Part shown: positions 1 to 11,019 of the stretch, piece by piece
Layout of the letters: every line of letters starts with the position of its first letter
How positions within the stretch are numbered: position 1 is the first letter of the stretch
NCBI RefSeq assembly: GCF_963921235.1
Contig: NC_086109.1
Span: 18,850,001-18,914,000, forward strand
Length of the DNA: 64,000 nucleotides
DNA from: Mobula hypostoma
Lineage: Eukaryota
Reading direction: 5' to 3'
The notes under the pieces: generated by a model
Database searches by the model: none
The model's input: the letters and a program-made list of their open reading frames with translations, nothing else
What the model was told of the DNA's origin: nothing
Position numbers and translations under genes: made by a program

Positions 1-376
1 CTTTAAATATATAAAAAGTTAAAAAGCTTGAATCTTTACATAAATTATTATCGTATCTATACGAATAAAAAATACTGTATTTTGGAAGTGACAACTGTTA
101 ACAGGGGAGGAGAGCAACCATTTGGGAGGTTTGGAAATGTGTTTTGTCTCATTCATTGCCTCACTAAGTTACTCTTTTTCCTATCAACACAAAGAGGAAA
201 AAAGCCTCTTCCAATCAACTATAGTTGGTGGAGCTCGGCCAAGGGGTTGATCCGCTATTAATGATAGTTGAAATGACGTAAAACTAGCTTATAGCCTAGA
301 AATGTTTTTTTTTCCATTAGGCTTGTAAAAAAAAACTAAATTTATCCAGGTGTAGAAGAGGATTTTGGATGATTAC

Positions 377-400
377 CTTGAATATTTCATCTAAATCAGG
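377..400 (-). other. Candidate 24-nt coding micro-exon (PDLDEIFK) of an unidentified host gene
   Basis: On the minus strand: ctcgcttatcttcag|CCTGATTTAGATGAAATATTCAAG|gtaatc. In phase with the 494-598 candidate exon across a 93-nt GT-AG intron. Confidence 0.35.
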
Positions 401-493
401 CTGAAGATAAGCGAGCAGTGAATTTTTCATTCATTATTTCTGGCTTCTAACCTTAGGTTTCGATGTTCATTCCTTGCTTAATATAGCTCCTAC

Positions 494-598
494 CTGTATC
501 CAATGGTACCCATTGGAAAGTGCGGAAAAATGCTCACACTTGTGTATTTCCCAGCTTCCTAGGACAACGGGTCGAGCAAGGAGGAATTTCACAAATGC
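494..598 (-). other. Candidate 105-nt coding exon (AFVKFLLARPVVLGSWEIHKCEHFSALSNGYHWIQ), product not recognised
   Basis: Acceptor ctttttgtttag| and donor CAG|gtagga; length divisible by 3; only frame 0 is open; non-repetitive sequence. Confidence 0.45.
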
Positions 599-779
599 CT
601 AAACAAAAAGCAGTCACAGCTCCAGGATATCACCAAAAACGATCAAATATCCTAATGTTATTAGTGGTATTTTGCCGACCAGCCACCACCCACTCTCCCC
701 AGCCCCCGTTTCCACAAAATTCCCTCTATTTAATATGTGGCTGCTGTTAAATTCCCTGCTTGTTTATTTTGACTTTTTT

Positions 780-2750
780 TTACAGAGGTGCTGGCGCAGT
801 GCTCTGGTGAGCTCCAGCAGCACTGTACCCCTGGGCACAATGGTGTGTCCTCCTGCCCACTCCTCACTGGTAGAGGACGGCCACGGTGCACACATCACAA
901 GCGTCCACCTCTACCACGTAAGGTCCAGAGGGGTTTGGATGGCAGAGAATGGAAGCAGTAACGAAGCATGTCTTGAGCTCCTTGAAAGCATGGTCTGTGA
1001 GGTAGGTGATTTGGTGAGGGAACATTTCGTGAACGGTGGTAGAAATTGAAAAAGCCCAAGAAGTGCTGTAGCTGTTTGAGGGAGGGTAGTCGGACCATTC
1101 AATTACGACGTGCACTTTTTCTGGGTCTGTGGTTATGCCTTGTGGTGAAAGATCATAAACAAGGAAGGAAATGACTGGGGTGGGGAGCTGGAATTTCTCT
1201 AACTTGCAGTACAGTTGGTTTCTGAGGAAGCACCGAACGACCAAATGGACACGACAGATGTGGTATTGGGATCCTTGGAGAAGATGATAATGTTGCCAAG
1301 GCAGACAAACACATAGCTCTGTAGCAGGTCTTGGAGGATTTTGTGATTTTTTAGATTGTGAGGACACTCAGCCCTCGTTTATTGTCATTTAGAAATGCAT
1401 GTATGCATTAAGAAATGATACAATGTTCCTCCAGAGTGATATCACAAAAAAAAACAAAACAAACCAAAGACTAACACTGACAAGACCACTTAATTATAAC
1501 ATATAGTTGCAGCAGTGCAAAGCAATACCATAATTTGATAAAGAGCAGACTGTGGGAACAGTAAAAATAAGTCTTAAAGTTCTGATCAACTCCCGATAGT
1601 CCCCGATAGCAGGCGGCAGAAGGGAGAAACTCTCTCTGACATAAAGATTGAAGTCTTGGAAAAGATCCAGGCTATTGAAAATTCTGAAAGGCTTCACCAA
1701 GTATTTGCAGTGGACAGTGTGTGTTATGATCGCTCTCCTCCAGTCAGTCCTCTGGTGGATGTGGAGCAGGTTGTACGCGCCCTGTAAATGCAGCTTGTTG
1801 AAGATTTGGAGCCCCCTTGGAGTGTTTCAAATGAGCTATCCATCAAGGAGAGAGGATAACGGATCTTAGTGGTAATCTTCTTCTTCCAAGGATGGAGAGC
1901 TGCATCTCCATTGGTATGATCAAATGAAACTTTGCTGTAGCACTTTGGCAATATAATCATTCATGGCTTGGATCTCAGTAGGGGAGAGGGAGAATAAACG
2001 TCCTTAGAGGGGTGGTGCCCAGGAGAAAGTCAATCACAGAGTGGTGTGGTCTGCTAGGCAGCAGAGTGCTGACTTCCCTTTTACTGAAGGCAGTGGCAAG
2101 GTCATGGCCTTCCTGTGGAAGTTTGGTGAGGTCACAATTTTCCACCATCTTCATGAATTTATGGGATGAAGTCACCTGAGGCTGCAGTTGGGTGATCTGG
2201 CAGGTGGGTCCCCAGCTCAGCAGTGAACCAGATGGCCAGCCGAAAGGAGGGTCATGAGTGGAGAGCCGAGGGTGACCCAGGAAGAGAGGACGGTTGGGTG
2301 AGTGGATAAGGAGGAATTGGATGGATTCACGAAGCTGTCCAATGCTCACTGCACGGGTCGTGTGGGCACTCTGATCATCCCAGACCCCTCCCCCCACAAG
2401 GGACATCCGTCAATGGTTGTGGTGCAGAGGGGGGTGAGAGATAGGCTCAGTAGGGAGTCTCAGCTGTATGCACAGAGTCCAGAAAGTTGCCTGCTGCACT
2501 AGAGCCTCCTTTGTGTATAGAGACACCGGGATGTGGAGGAGGACAGATTGAGTGAGTCGGGCTATGGTGCTTGAATGAGTGAACGTGGATTGTGGATGAG
2601 ACCTGGGTTTAAATAGGCTACAGGTGATGAGTTGGAAATGACTGGCAGGTGACTTGTTACTCTGCTGGTAACAAGGGCAGCAGTACATTGAAATGGTGAA
2701 AAAGCAAAGAATTGGAGATCCACGTACCATTAATGTGTCATGGACAGGCA
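780..2750 (-). mobile_element. Decayed Ty3/Gypsy (sushi-like) LTR retrotransposon: LTR remnant plus protease-RT-RNase H pseudogene, interrupted at 1351-1645
   Basis: Frameshifted peptides: IQFLLIHSPNRPLFLGHPRLSTHDPPFGW (protease end), IRYPLSLMDSSFETLQG, NQLYCKLEKF...ISFL...GITTDPEKV, KQLQHFLGFFNFYHR, AFKELK...ASILCHPNPSGPYVVEVDAC (RT/RNase H). LTR-like cacctg...tatttaaa segment at about 2560-2750. Confidence 0.9.
1351..1645 (-). mobile_element. 5'-truncated copy of a non-autonomous LINE-derived element with a (TCTAA)n tail
   Basis: Closely similar to 14752-15302, 34578-34900 and 37292-37960; splits the Gypsy RT. Confidence 0.85.
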
Positions 2751-2754
2751 CAGA

Positions 2755-3310
2755 AAATGAAGGCTAATGAAATGCTGACTTATAATATCTAAGGGAACAA
2801 TAGGGCATGAAGTTATCCTATAGCTATACAAAAACTCTGATAATACAATGCCTGGAAGTCCATGAGCTACACAAACAAGGAGGCTGTAAAGCATTGATTT
2901 GCCAAAAAGATCAAGGGTTATGTTACAACATGAAAGTTTACTGTAAATTTGATTAAAATGTACATTTTTATCAAAGGCAATCTAATATGATAAAAGGAAA
3001 ACATTTCTGCTGATTGAGAGGTCTAAGATTAGTCACAGCTTAAAAATTAGAGCCAGACATTTCAGCAATGAATTCAGGAAACACTTCAACACATAGAAAG
3101 TAGCAGCAATTCAGTATTTTCTTCTGCAAGTAGCAATAACCATCATTAAATCTTAGATTGAGTAGACTTCTGTCAACTGAAGAAATTGGGGCAAAGGTTA
3201 GTAATATGAATTAGGATTATAGATCAGCTTTGCTCTTGGAGAATGGCAGATAAGACTCAAAATGATAAATAAATGGCCTAATGTGCCTCCTAGTGTTCCA
3301 TGTTTCCATG
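2755..3310 (+). mobile_element. Old CR1 LINE 3' fragment
   Basis: Degenerate similarity to the 3' part of the CR1 at 53270-53916 (aaggctaatgaaatgctg..., tail aaatggcctaat...cct). Confidence 0.7.
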
Positions 3311-3704
3311 GCTACATAACGTGATTTCCCAGTTTTATCTCCTCCTTATGAAGATGGTGATTACAAAATCTTCAGTGCTTCTGGAGGTGAAAGAGGTAGG
3401 GAACATTGATGATAGGTTTATGTTCAATATTTGGACTAATTTGATTGTTTGTTGCTCCACATTCCAGTATCTGCAGTCTCTTGCGTCTCCATTGGGACCA
3501 ATTTTCCTGATTCAACGTATTGTTGAAAATTCATTGCACAAAAAACAGAAAATTGCTTGTATCTGCAACTGTTAATGTTCCACAATCACATTCCTCCCAC
3601 TCCGTTGCATCTAACCCTAACAACATAATTAGATCACATTCAGAGACATCACAAAGAATCTGGCATTTATTCTGTGTATTCAGGCTCGTTTTGATTTTAT
3701 ATGT

Positions 3705-4787
3705 CAGCTCAGCTCCTTGACTGATGTTACATAAACAGGACTAGAAGTTGTATTTCTGCACTGAGGTGGAAGTTGCAATAATTTTTATAAAGTGTTCACC
3801 TTTGTGTCTCTTTATTGATGTCAATCAGGAATAGAGCACAATTTTCCCCTTCAGTATGGGCTCTAAACTTTTTCAAACAGTTGTGGCTATGTCCAGGATC
3901 TTGATCTTGATCCTGGACAACATCAATTTGTATAAATTCGAATTAGTATTGGTTTATTATTGTCACATGTACCGCGATACAGTCGGTGGCCATTTTGCTA
4001 AGTACCTCCTGTGCCTAAAAAAATGACAACAAAGTGTTCATTCATGGTGTTCTGCTGCTGTAGCTCACCTACTTCAAGATTCGACGTGTTGTGCATTCAG
4101 AGATACTCTTCAGCGCATCACATTTGTAACGCATGGTTATTGGAGTTACCGTTGCCTTCTAGTCAGCTTGAATCACTCTGGCCATCCTTCTCTGATCTCT
4201 CTCATTAACAGGGCATTTTCGCTCACAGAACTGCCACTCACTGGATGAATTTTGTTTTTCTCAGCATTCTCTGTAAAGCCTAGAGTCCGTTGTGCGTAAA
4301 AACCTCAGGAAATCAGCAGTTTCTGAGATACTCAAACCACCTTGTCTGATACCTACAGTCATTGCATGGTCAAAGTCACTTAGATCACAATTCTCCATTT
4401 TAATGATTGGTCTGAACAGCAACTGAATCTCTTGACCCTTTCTGCATGCTCTTATGCATTGAGTTGTTGCCACATGATTCACTGATTCAATATTTGCTTT
4501 AATGAGCAGGTGTACAGGTGTACCTAATAAAGTGGCCACTGAGTGTATGTCAACACAGCTCCCTGATTGGTGTTACTGAGGACTAGGAGCTGCATTTCAT
4601 CCTTCAGTGAAAGTTGTGATGATTTCTTTAAAATCAGCACCATTGTGTCCCTTTATTAATGTCAATCAGTAATGGAGCACAATTATCTTCTTCAGTAAGG
4701 GCCTAAAATTGTTCAAACAGCTGTGGCAATGTCCAGGATCTTCATCCTAGACAATCATCAATCTGTATGAATTGGAATTATTATTGG
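3705..4787. repeat. Diverged direct duplication of a ~240-bp unit (3705-3955 and 4555-4787), separated by a Tc1-derived element
   Basis: Collinear shared blocks: ctttatt.atgtcaatcag.aat.gagcacaatt, ttcaaacag.tgtggc.atgtccaggatctt, gaatta.tattgg. Confidence 0.85.
3980..4545 (-). mobile_element. Non-autonomous Tc1/mariner derivative retaining the transposase N-terminal HTH
   Basis: TA-flanked; right TIR acctaataaagtggccactgagtg, decayed left TIR; peptide DLSDFDHAMTVGIRQGGLSISETADFLRFLRTTDSRLYRE. Confidence 0.85.
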
Positions 4788-4797
4788 TCCATTATTA

Positions 4798-5386
4798 TGT
4801 AATGCTCTGTAAGGTTTCATTGCTAATGTAATGGCCTCTCTGTAATGTTTCACCGCTAATGTAATGGTTTCTCTGTAGCTGCAGTGTCTGGGTTATGACT
4901 AGAGATAATGGGGGCTTTGGAATGTGCACCATCCAATGAGAGTGTTTTTCTTTCTCGTGTGCCGGAAAGAAGGTTTTGCGGTCTTTTATTTGGTGGAAGA
5001 TGGAGAGGGAAGATGCCAGAACGGGGAAGTCGTAGACTGCAGGACAGTGTGGACTTGGAATAGGGTCGGGAGTTGACGGCGCTGGGAAAAATCGATGGAG
5101 AAAGAACAGACGGGAAAACCATGAGCTCCAACATTGCGCATTAGACTGTCTCATGAGAATGGGCCCTTCTTCTTTTTTGTTATCTTCACCAACCCTATAG
5201 TCAAATTAAGAATCATAAAGCTTAATTGTTTAATTGCATATTGTGTGTTGTTTGATATTTCATGGTACTGATTTGTAACAGAGGAACGCATCATGCAGCA
5301 TCCATCCAAACAAGATTTCTCAAGTTTGGCCGGGCCAGAGGCTGTCTTCCCCTAGATTAAACCACTAGCCAAACCTGAGGGTTACA
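4798..5386 (+). mobile_element. 5' LTR (589 bp) of a Gypsy-type element with PNMA-like gag
   Basis: TGTAA...TTACA termini. Followed by TGGGGTATTGTTCAGGAT (5392-5409), 13/18 identical to a tRNA-Pro PBS. Homologous to the solo LTR at 21978-22569. Confidence 0.85.
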
Positions 5387-5480
5387 ATTGTTGGGGTATT
5401 GTTCAGGATTGATTTCGTTGGATGCTGTGTGATTACCCTGAGCATTGAACCAGTGGAGTAGATATTCGTACTCCGGATAA

Positions 5481-6221
5481 TTGTTAATTCACTTGTTAAG
5501 TACTGTTAAAGTTGCAATTGTGGGGTGGAGGTTTGATCAATTGGTGGGTGTAGCTCTCATTTTAATGCAGACTAGCACTGATGTAACAGTATCTGAATGG
5601 GCCGAATCACAAGTGGAGTTTCCCGTAGCTGGGGGCAGAGATTTCAGAGACAGGGTTCTATCGTTTCTGAAGAATGAAGGGAAGGAGTTGTCAGATTTGG
5701 AACGTCTAATTAGTCCCCGTCCCCCAGGAAAGAGTGAGAATTCTGAGTTAGTATCCACTCTTACCTCTCTAGTGAATAAATGGAAAAATGCCCAGGCTCA
5801 AAGTCCGAGCTATCATAGGCTCTGCCTATTCTCAGGAACGAAGCCCACCCCTAAAGGGGAAGAGGAGTATGAGACTTAGGCAGAGCAGACCTCTCAGTTG
5901 TTAGATGAGGTTCAGTGCTCTGATGATGTAAAGCAACAGAGATTGGTTGAGAGTCTGAGTGGGTGGGCTGCTGACGTTGTGAGAGCCATCAGCTTGCAGT
6001 ACCCCATAGCTAAAGCTGTCAATTACCTGAAAGTACTGGAAAGTGCCATTGGCACGACAGGAAGCCCAATGGAGCTCAAGGCGGGATTTCAGAACTTGTG
6101 TCAGGAGAAGGGGGAGAAGATTTCTGCCTACGTCTTTTGGCTAGGGAGGCAGTTAAATTGCTTGCGGCATAGAGGGGTCATTCAGGCATCTGAGGTGGAT
6201 CAGTTAAGAATGGACTAGGTA
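5481..6221 (+). pseudogene. PNMA (paraneoplastic Ma antigen)-like Gag capsid remnant of an LTR retrotransposon
   Basis: YHRLCLFSGTKPTPKGEEEYET*AEQTSQLLDEVQCSDDVKQQRLVESLSG...YLKVLESAIG...FQNLCQEKGEKISAYVFWL. TAG at 5877-5879 replaces the conserved Trp; truncated at about 6225. Confidence 0.88.
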
Positions 6222-6874
6222 GCAATGTAGTCAAACAAACTTAGAACCTACCTGATGTGCACAACTAGGGGAAATTAATACCACGTATAGATGTATCATG
6301 GTTACTACGTTGGAGGTCCCACTTATTGGATCTTAAACTTATGCTCTTCTAGCTTATGGATTTTTCTTTGCTCTTGATACCAACCCAGGTAGAATCATCT
6401 GTTGCCAAGAGTCTGTCTGGGGTTCCCTGGATTTGATTATCCAAAGACTTTTCCAAACCATCTCTCAGTTTAGCTTTACTGACCATCTCAGCTCTATTTT
6501 GTAAAGAAAATTTATCTCCACAACCTCAAAATTTGAAGTAAACGCTCTCATTAACTATATTACATTGAATCAATTAATGAAACAGGTTATTCATGTTTTT
6601 GATCATGATTAAAATGTTCTAAAGTTTTCATAGGGTTGTTGATCCATAACATACCTCAGAAGCTTCTTTATCTCAAACTAATTTTTTTTTTGCTTTTTTT
6701 CTGACTTAATTTCAGGCAATTAATATTACATTCAAATCTAAAGTTATTGGTGCAAATCTTCCCATTTCTGTTTCGTTTGTGCTCATTTGACATCGCCTGT
6801 GTGGATTCTGTGTGGATGGAGAAGCAAGTCATTGATACCTTCCATTTCCTGTTCTGACTTCACCGATTGACCCG

Positions 6875-8017
6875 TTTTCTTGCTTCTGTCTTTATTGTGA
6901 CTTAGCATTTCTGTAAAATATATCAAGAAGTCAATTAGAGAAAAATGCAAGGGTGAAAAGAAATAGACTAAAGATATGAAGAAATTAGAAATTGGATTAA
7001 AGACCTCATAATGTGATCACTATTCCCCATTCCTGTTTTCCACTCTCACCTTATCACCTTACCTGCCCATCACCTCTGTCTAGTGCTCTTCCCCCTTTCC
7101 TTTCTTCCATGGTCTTCTGTCCTCTCCTATCAGATTCCTCCTTCTCCAGCCCTTTATCTCTTTCACCAGTCAACTTCCCAGCTCTTTACTTCACCCCCTC
7201 CCCTTCTCCTACCACCTTGCACTTCTTCCTTCTCTCCTTCCTCCTTCTTACTCTGACTTCTCTTCCTCTCCAGTTCTGCTGAAGGGTTTCAGCCCGAAAC
7301 ATTGACTGAACTCTTTTCCATAGTTGTTGCCTGGCCTGCTGAGTTCCTCCAGCATTTTGTGTGTGTTGCTCTCATGATGTGAGATCATATTCAGAAAGGC
7401 CTTAGAAACAATTCCTTTCACTTTGGGTGAGTTCACAAATAGAGTACTGCTTTGGAGTAGAGAAATAAGCTAATAGATTCACTAACCAACACAGAAATAG
7501 ATAACAAACTTATTGATTACCTGCTTTGTTAAATTGAATTCAACATTACTCCATCAACATAGAGCATTCTGTGTTACATCCGATCTTCTAAAACAGCACA
7601 GACAGCAAACAATTCACTTTTATTCTGACATCTCTTTCCTGTTTCTATCTATCTTGGGACTTAGCATTTCTGTAAAATATATCAAGGAGTAAATTAGAGC
7701 AAAATGCAAGGGAGAAAAGAAACAAACTAAAGGTGTGAAGAAATCAAAATTTGGATTAAAGGTCTCATAATTTGAGTTCAAAATCAGGAATGTCTCAGAA
7801 GTAGTTCCTTCCACTTTGGATGTTGCCAAGTCGAGTACTGCTCTGGAGCAGAGAAGTAAGTTAATAGATCACTAACCAACAGAGAAACAAATGACAAATT
7901 ATTGTTGATTACTAGCTTTGTTCCATCAACATAGAGCATTCAACATAATTCCATCAACACAGAGCATTCTGCATTACATCTGATCTTCTAAAACAGCACA
8001 GAGAGCAAACAACTCAC
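6875..8017. repeat. Tandem duplication of a ~390-bp unit (copy A 6875-7617 interrupted by a Penelope fragment; copy B 7630-8017)
   Basis: Shared blocks gacttagcatttctgtaaaatatatcaag, gagtactgct.tggag.agaga, gatcttctaaaacagcacaga.agcaaacaa. Confidence 0.9.
7017..7368 (+). mobile_element. Penelope-like element 3' fragment with a mutated hammerhead motif (7271-7308)
   Basis: Pyrimidine-rich tail, then ctgctgaagggtttcagcccgaaacattgactg and gcctggcctgctgagttcctccagc; flanked by ctcataatgtga / ctcatgatgtga (TSD-like). Confidence 0.75.
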
Positions 8018-8196
8018 AGATGAAACAGCACCCTGTTTTATTGAGGTCTGAAAAAGAAAATATTCTCGTGCACAGCCTCAGAATTGCAGGATGACTCTTT
8101 TAAACAGAGATGAAGAGGAATTTCTTTTTTCAGAGGATGGTGAATCTGAGGAGATCATTGCCTCAGATAAATGTGGAGGCAAAGTCATTGGGTATA

Positions 8197-9811
8197 CAAT
8201 GGCATGCAAAAGTTTGGGCACCCCGGTCAAAATTTCTGTTACTGTGAATAGCTAAGCGAGTAAAAGATGACCTGATTTCAGGCATGAAGTTAAAGATGAC
8301 ACATTTCTTCAATATTTTAAGCAAGATTACTTTTTTTATTTCCATCTTTTACAGTTTCAAAATAACAAAAAAGGAAAAGGGCCTGAAGCAAAAGTTTGGG
8401 CACCCTGCATGGTCACTCCTTAGTAACTCCCCCTTTGGCAAGTATCACAGCTTGTAAATGCTTTCTGTAACCAGCTAAGTCTTTCAATTCTTGTTTGGGG
8501 GATTTTTGCCCATTCTTCCTTGCAAAAGGCTTCTAGCTCTGTGAGATTCTTGGGCCGTCTTGCATGCACTGTTCTTTTGAGGTCTATCCGCAGGTTTTCG
8601 ATGATGTTTCGGTCAGGGGACTATGAGGGCCATGGCAGAAACTTCAGCTTGCGCCTCTTGAGATAGTCCATTGTGGATTTTGAGGTGTGTTTTGGATCAT
8701 TATCCTTTTGTAGAGGCCATCCTCTTTTCATCTGCAGCTGTTTTACAGATGGTGTGATGTTTGCTTCCAGAATTTGCTGGTATTTAATTGAATTCATTCT
8801 TCTCTCTACAAGTGAAATGTTCCCCGTGCCACTGGCTGCAACACAAGCCCAAAGCATGATCGATCCACCCCAGTGCTTAACAGTTAGAGAGGGGTTCTTT
8901 TCATGAAATTTTGCACCCTTTTTACTCCAAGCAAAGCTTTGCTCATTGTGGTCAAAAAGTCTATGTTAACTTCATCAGTTCACAGGACTTGTTTCCAAAA
9001 TGCATCAGGCTTGTTTTGATATTCCTTTGCAAACTTCTGACACTGAATTTTGTGGGGAGGATGCAGGAAAGGTTTTCTTCTGATGACTCTTCCACGAAGG
9101 TCATATTTGTGCAGGTGTCGCTGCACAGTAGAACAGTGCACCACCACTCCAGAATCTGCTAAATCTTCCTGAAGGTCTTTTGCAGTCAAATGAGGGTTTT
9201 GATTTGCCTTTCTAGCAATCCTAGGAACAGTTCTCTCAGAAAGTTTTCTTGGTCTTCCAGACCTCAACTTGACTTCCTCCAGTCCTGTTAACTGCTATTT
9301 CTTAATTACATTACGAACTGAGGAAATGGCTACCTGTAAACACTTTGCTATCTTCCTCTAGCCTTCTCCTGCTTTGTGGGCATCATTTATTTCAATGTTC
9401 AGAGTGCTAGGCAGCTGCTCAGAGGAGCCCATGGCTGCTGATTGTTGGGACAAGGTTTGAGGAGTCAGGGTATTTATAAAGCTTTGAAATTTGCATCACC
9501 TGACCTTTCCTAATGATGACTGTGAACAAGCCATAGCCCTAACAAACTAATTAAGGTCTGAGACCTTGGTAAAAGTTATCTAAGAGCTCAAATCTCTTGG
9601 GGTGCCCAAACTTATGCATGGTGCTCCTTTCCTTTTTTTCACTCTAAAATTTACAAAACAAAAATAATACACTAATCTTGCTTAAAATGTTGAAAAGAAT
9701 GTTTCATCTTTAACTTTATGACTTTTGGAGATCAGTTCATCTTCTACTCACCTAACTATTCACAGTAACAGAAATTTCGACCAGGGGTGCCCAAACTTTT
9801 GCATGCCACGG
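8197..9811 (-). mobile_element. Full-length (1615 bp) Tc1 transposon of IR/DR type
   Basis: TA TSDs at 8195-8196 and 9812-9813. Long imperfect TIRs (about 215 bp), each with outer and inner gcaaaagtttgggcacc direct repeats. Confidence 0.95.
8413..9432 (-). pseudogene. Tc1 DD34E transposase with stop codons and frameshifts
   Basis: About 340-codon span: MGSSEQLP...AGEG*RKIAK...RSGRPRKLS...RRKPFL...WKQVL...MLWACVAASGTGNI...LQKDNDPKHTSKST...WPS*SPDRNIIENL. Confidence 0.93.
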
Positions 9812-10424
9812 TATTTAAATTAGAGGTTGATAGATACTTGATTAACAAGAGAGTTAAAGGCTATAGGGAGAAAGCAAGAGAATGGGGAGAGGGATAATAA
9901 ATCAGCCAGGATGAAATGGCAAAGCAGACTCAATGGGCTGAATGGGCAAATTCTGTTCACATGTTTTATGATCTTATGATCTTGTGGTCACTGGGGATAG
10001 AATAGGGGAAATTGTCATGGTCCGGGTTGGGGTCCCTTTAAATTTAGCTTGTTTATGTTACGATCCGGACCGTTGATTCCCTGTTTTCCCATGTCCCTCG
10101 ACTTTGGTGATTAGAGGCAATTAACACTCGGCTGAACCGGTAGTTTATAGTTTCCGGCTTTCAGCCATTCGGTGCGGGAGCGTCTGCAAAGTCTGCAAAG
10201 TTACGACGTGCCAATGTCATCTGGCTGAAGCAAGCCTTGTCTCCGCCCGAAGCGAGTGTCGGTAATTCGCCTTTCCTCACGGAGCAACCCTGTCCAGTTT
10301 CCTCGCCGAAGCGAGCCTGCAAAGTTTCCTCATCAAGGTGGGTCCGTCAGTTAACCCGCCGGAGAGAATCAAGAGCCGCTGTCTACTGTTCCCTGGCTGA
10401 GTCGAGAGCTCGGCACTAGCCGGA

Positions 10425-10660
10425 GGTTCCAAGTACCACGTCCACCTCCTGGCTCCGGCGGCATCCAAGTACCACGTCCACGTCCTGGCTCCGGCGGCGT
10501 TCAAGTACCACGTCAAGTCCTGGCCCTGGCGGCGTTCAAAGTCCTAGCCCTGGTGGCGTTCAAGTACCATGTCAAGTCCTGGCCCTGGCGGCGTTCAAGT
10601 ACCATATCAAGTCCTGGCCCTGGTGGCTTCCCAGTTCTGAGTCAAGTCCTGGCCGTGGTG
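10425..10660. repeat. 35-36-bp minisatellite (about 6 units, caagtaccacgtc...cctggc.c.ggcggcgtt) inside the LTR
   Basis: aagtacc recurs at 10431, 10467, 10503, 10562 and 10597. Confidence 0.9.
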
Positions 10661-10804
10661 GTCTGTGATTCCTGTCCTACCCCCTTGACTGAATCCCTTC
10701 TCTGCCCCTCTCACCTCTAGCCCTTGTCTGCAGCCCTCGCCTGCACTTCGGTCTAGTTCCAACACTGGAGCTAGATAGGTACTGTCTGGTGTTCATTCGT
10801 GTTG

Positions 10805-11018
10805 GTCTTGTCTTGTCTTGTCTTCGCCTCCGTGGGGTAAGTCAGGCCGTCTTGCTGTTGCCCCGCGGGGAGTCAAGTCTTGTCCTGTCCTGTCCTCGCC
10901 TCCGTGGGGTAAGTCAGGCTGTCTTGCCGTTGCCCTGCGGGGAGTCGTGTCTTGTCTTGTCTTGTTCTTGCCTCTGTGGAGTAAGTCAGGCCGTCTTGCC
11001 GTTGCCCCGCGGAGGGTC
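10805..11018. repeat. 72-bp x3 tandem repeat, each unit with a hairpin
   Basis: cgtggggtaagtcagg at 10831 and 10903, variant at 10975; ccgtggggtaa pairs with ttgccccgcgg. Confidence 0.9.
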
Positions 11019-11019
11019 A

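Larger units (their letters stand above)
8050..9985 (+). mobile_element. CR1 LINE 3' end split by the Tc1 insertion
   Basis: Removing 8197-9813 restores aagtcattgggtatatttaaa.tagaggttgatag, as in other CR1 3' ends in the window. Confidence 0.85.

Noticed and set aside
5481..6221. Domesticated functional PNMA gene
   Set aside because: In-frame stops, truncation and the adjacent LTR/PBS indicate a dead retrotransposon.
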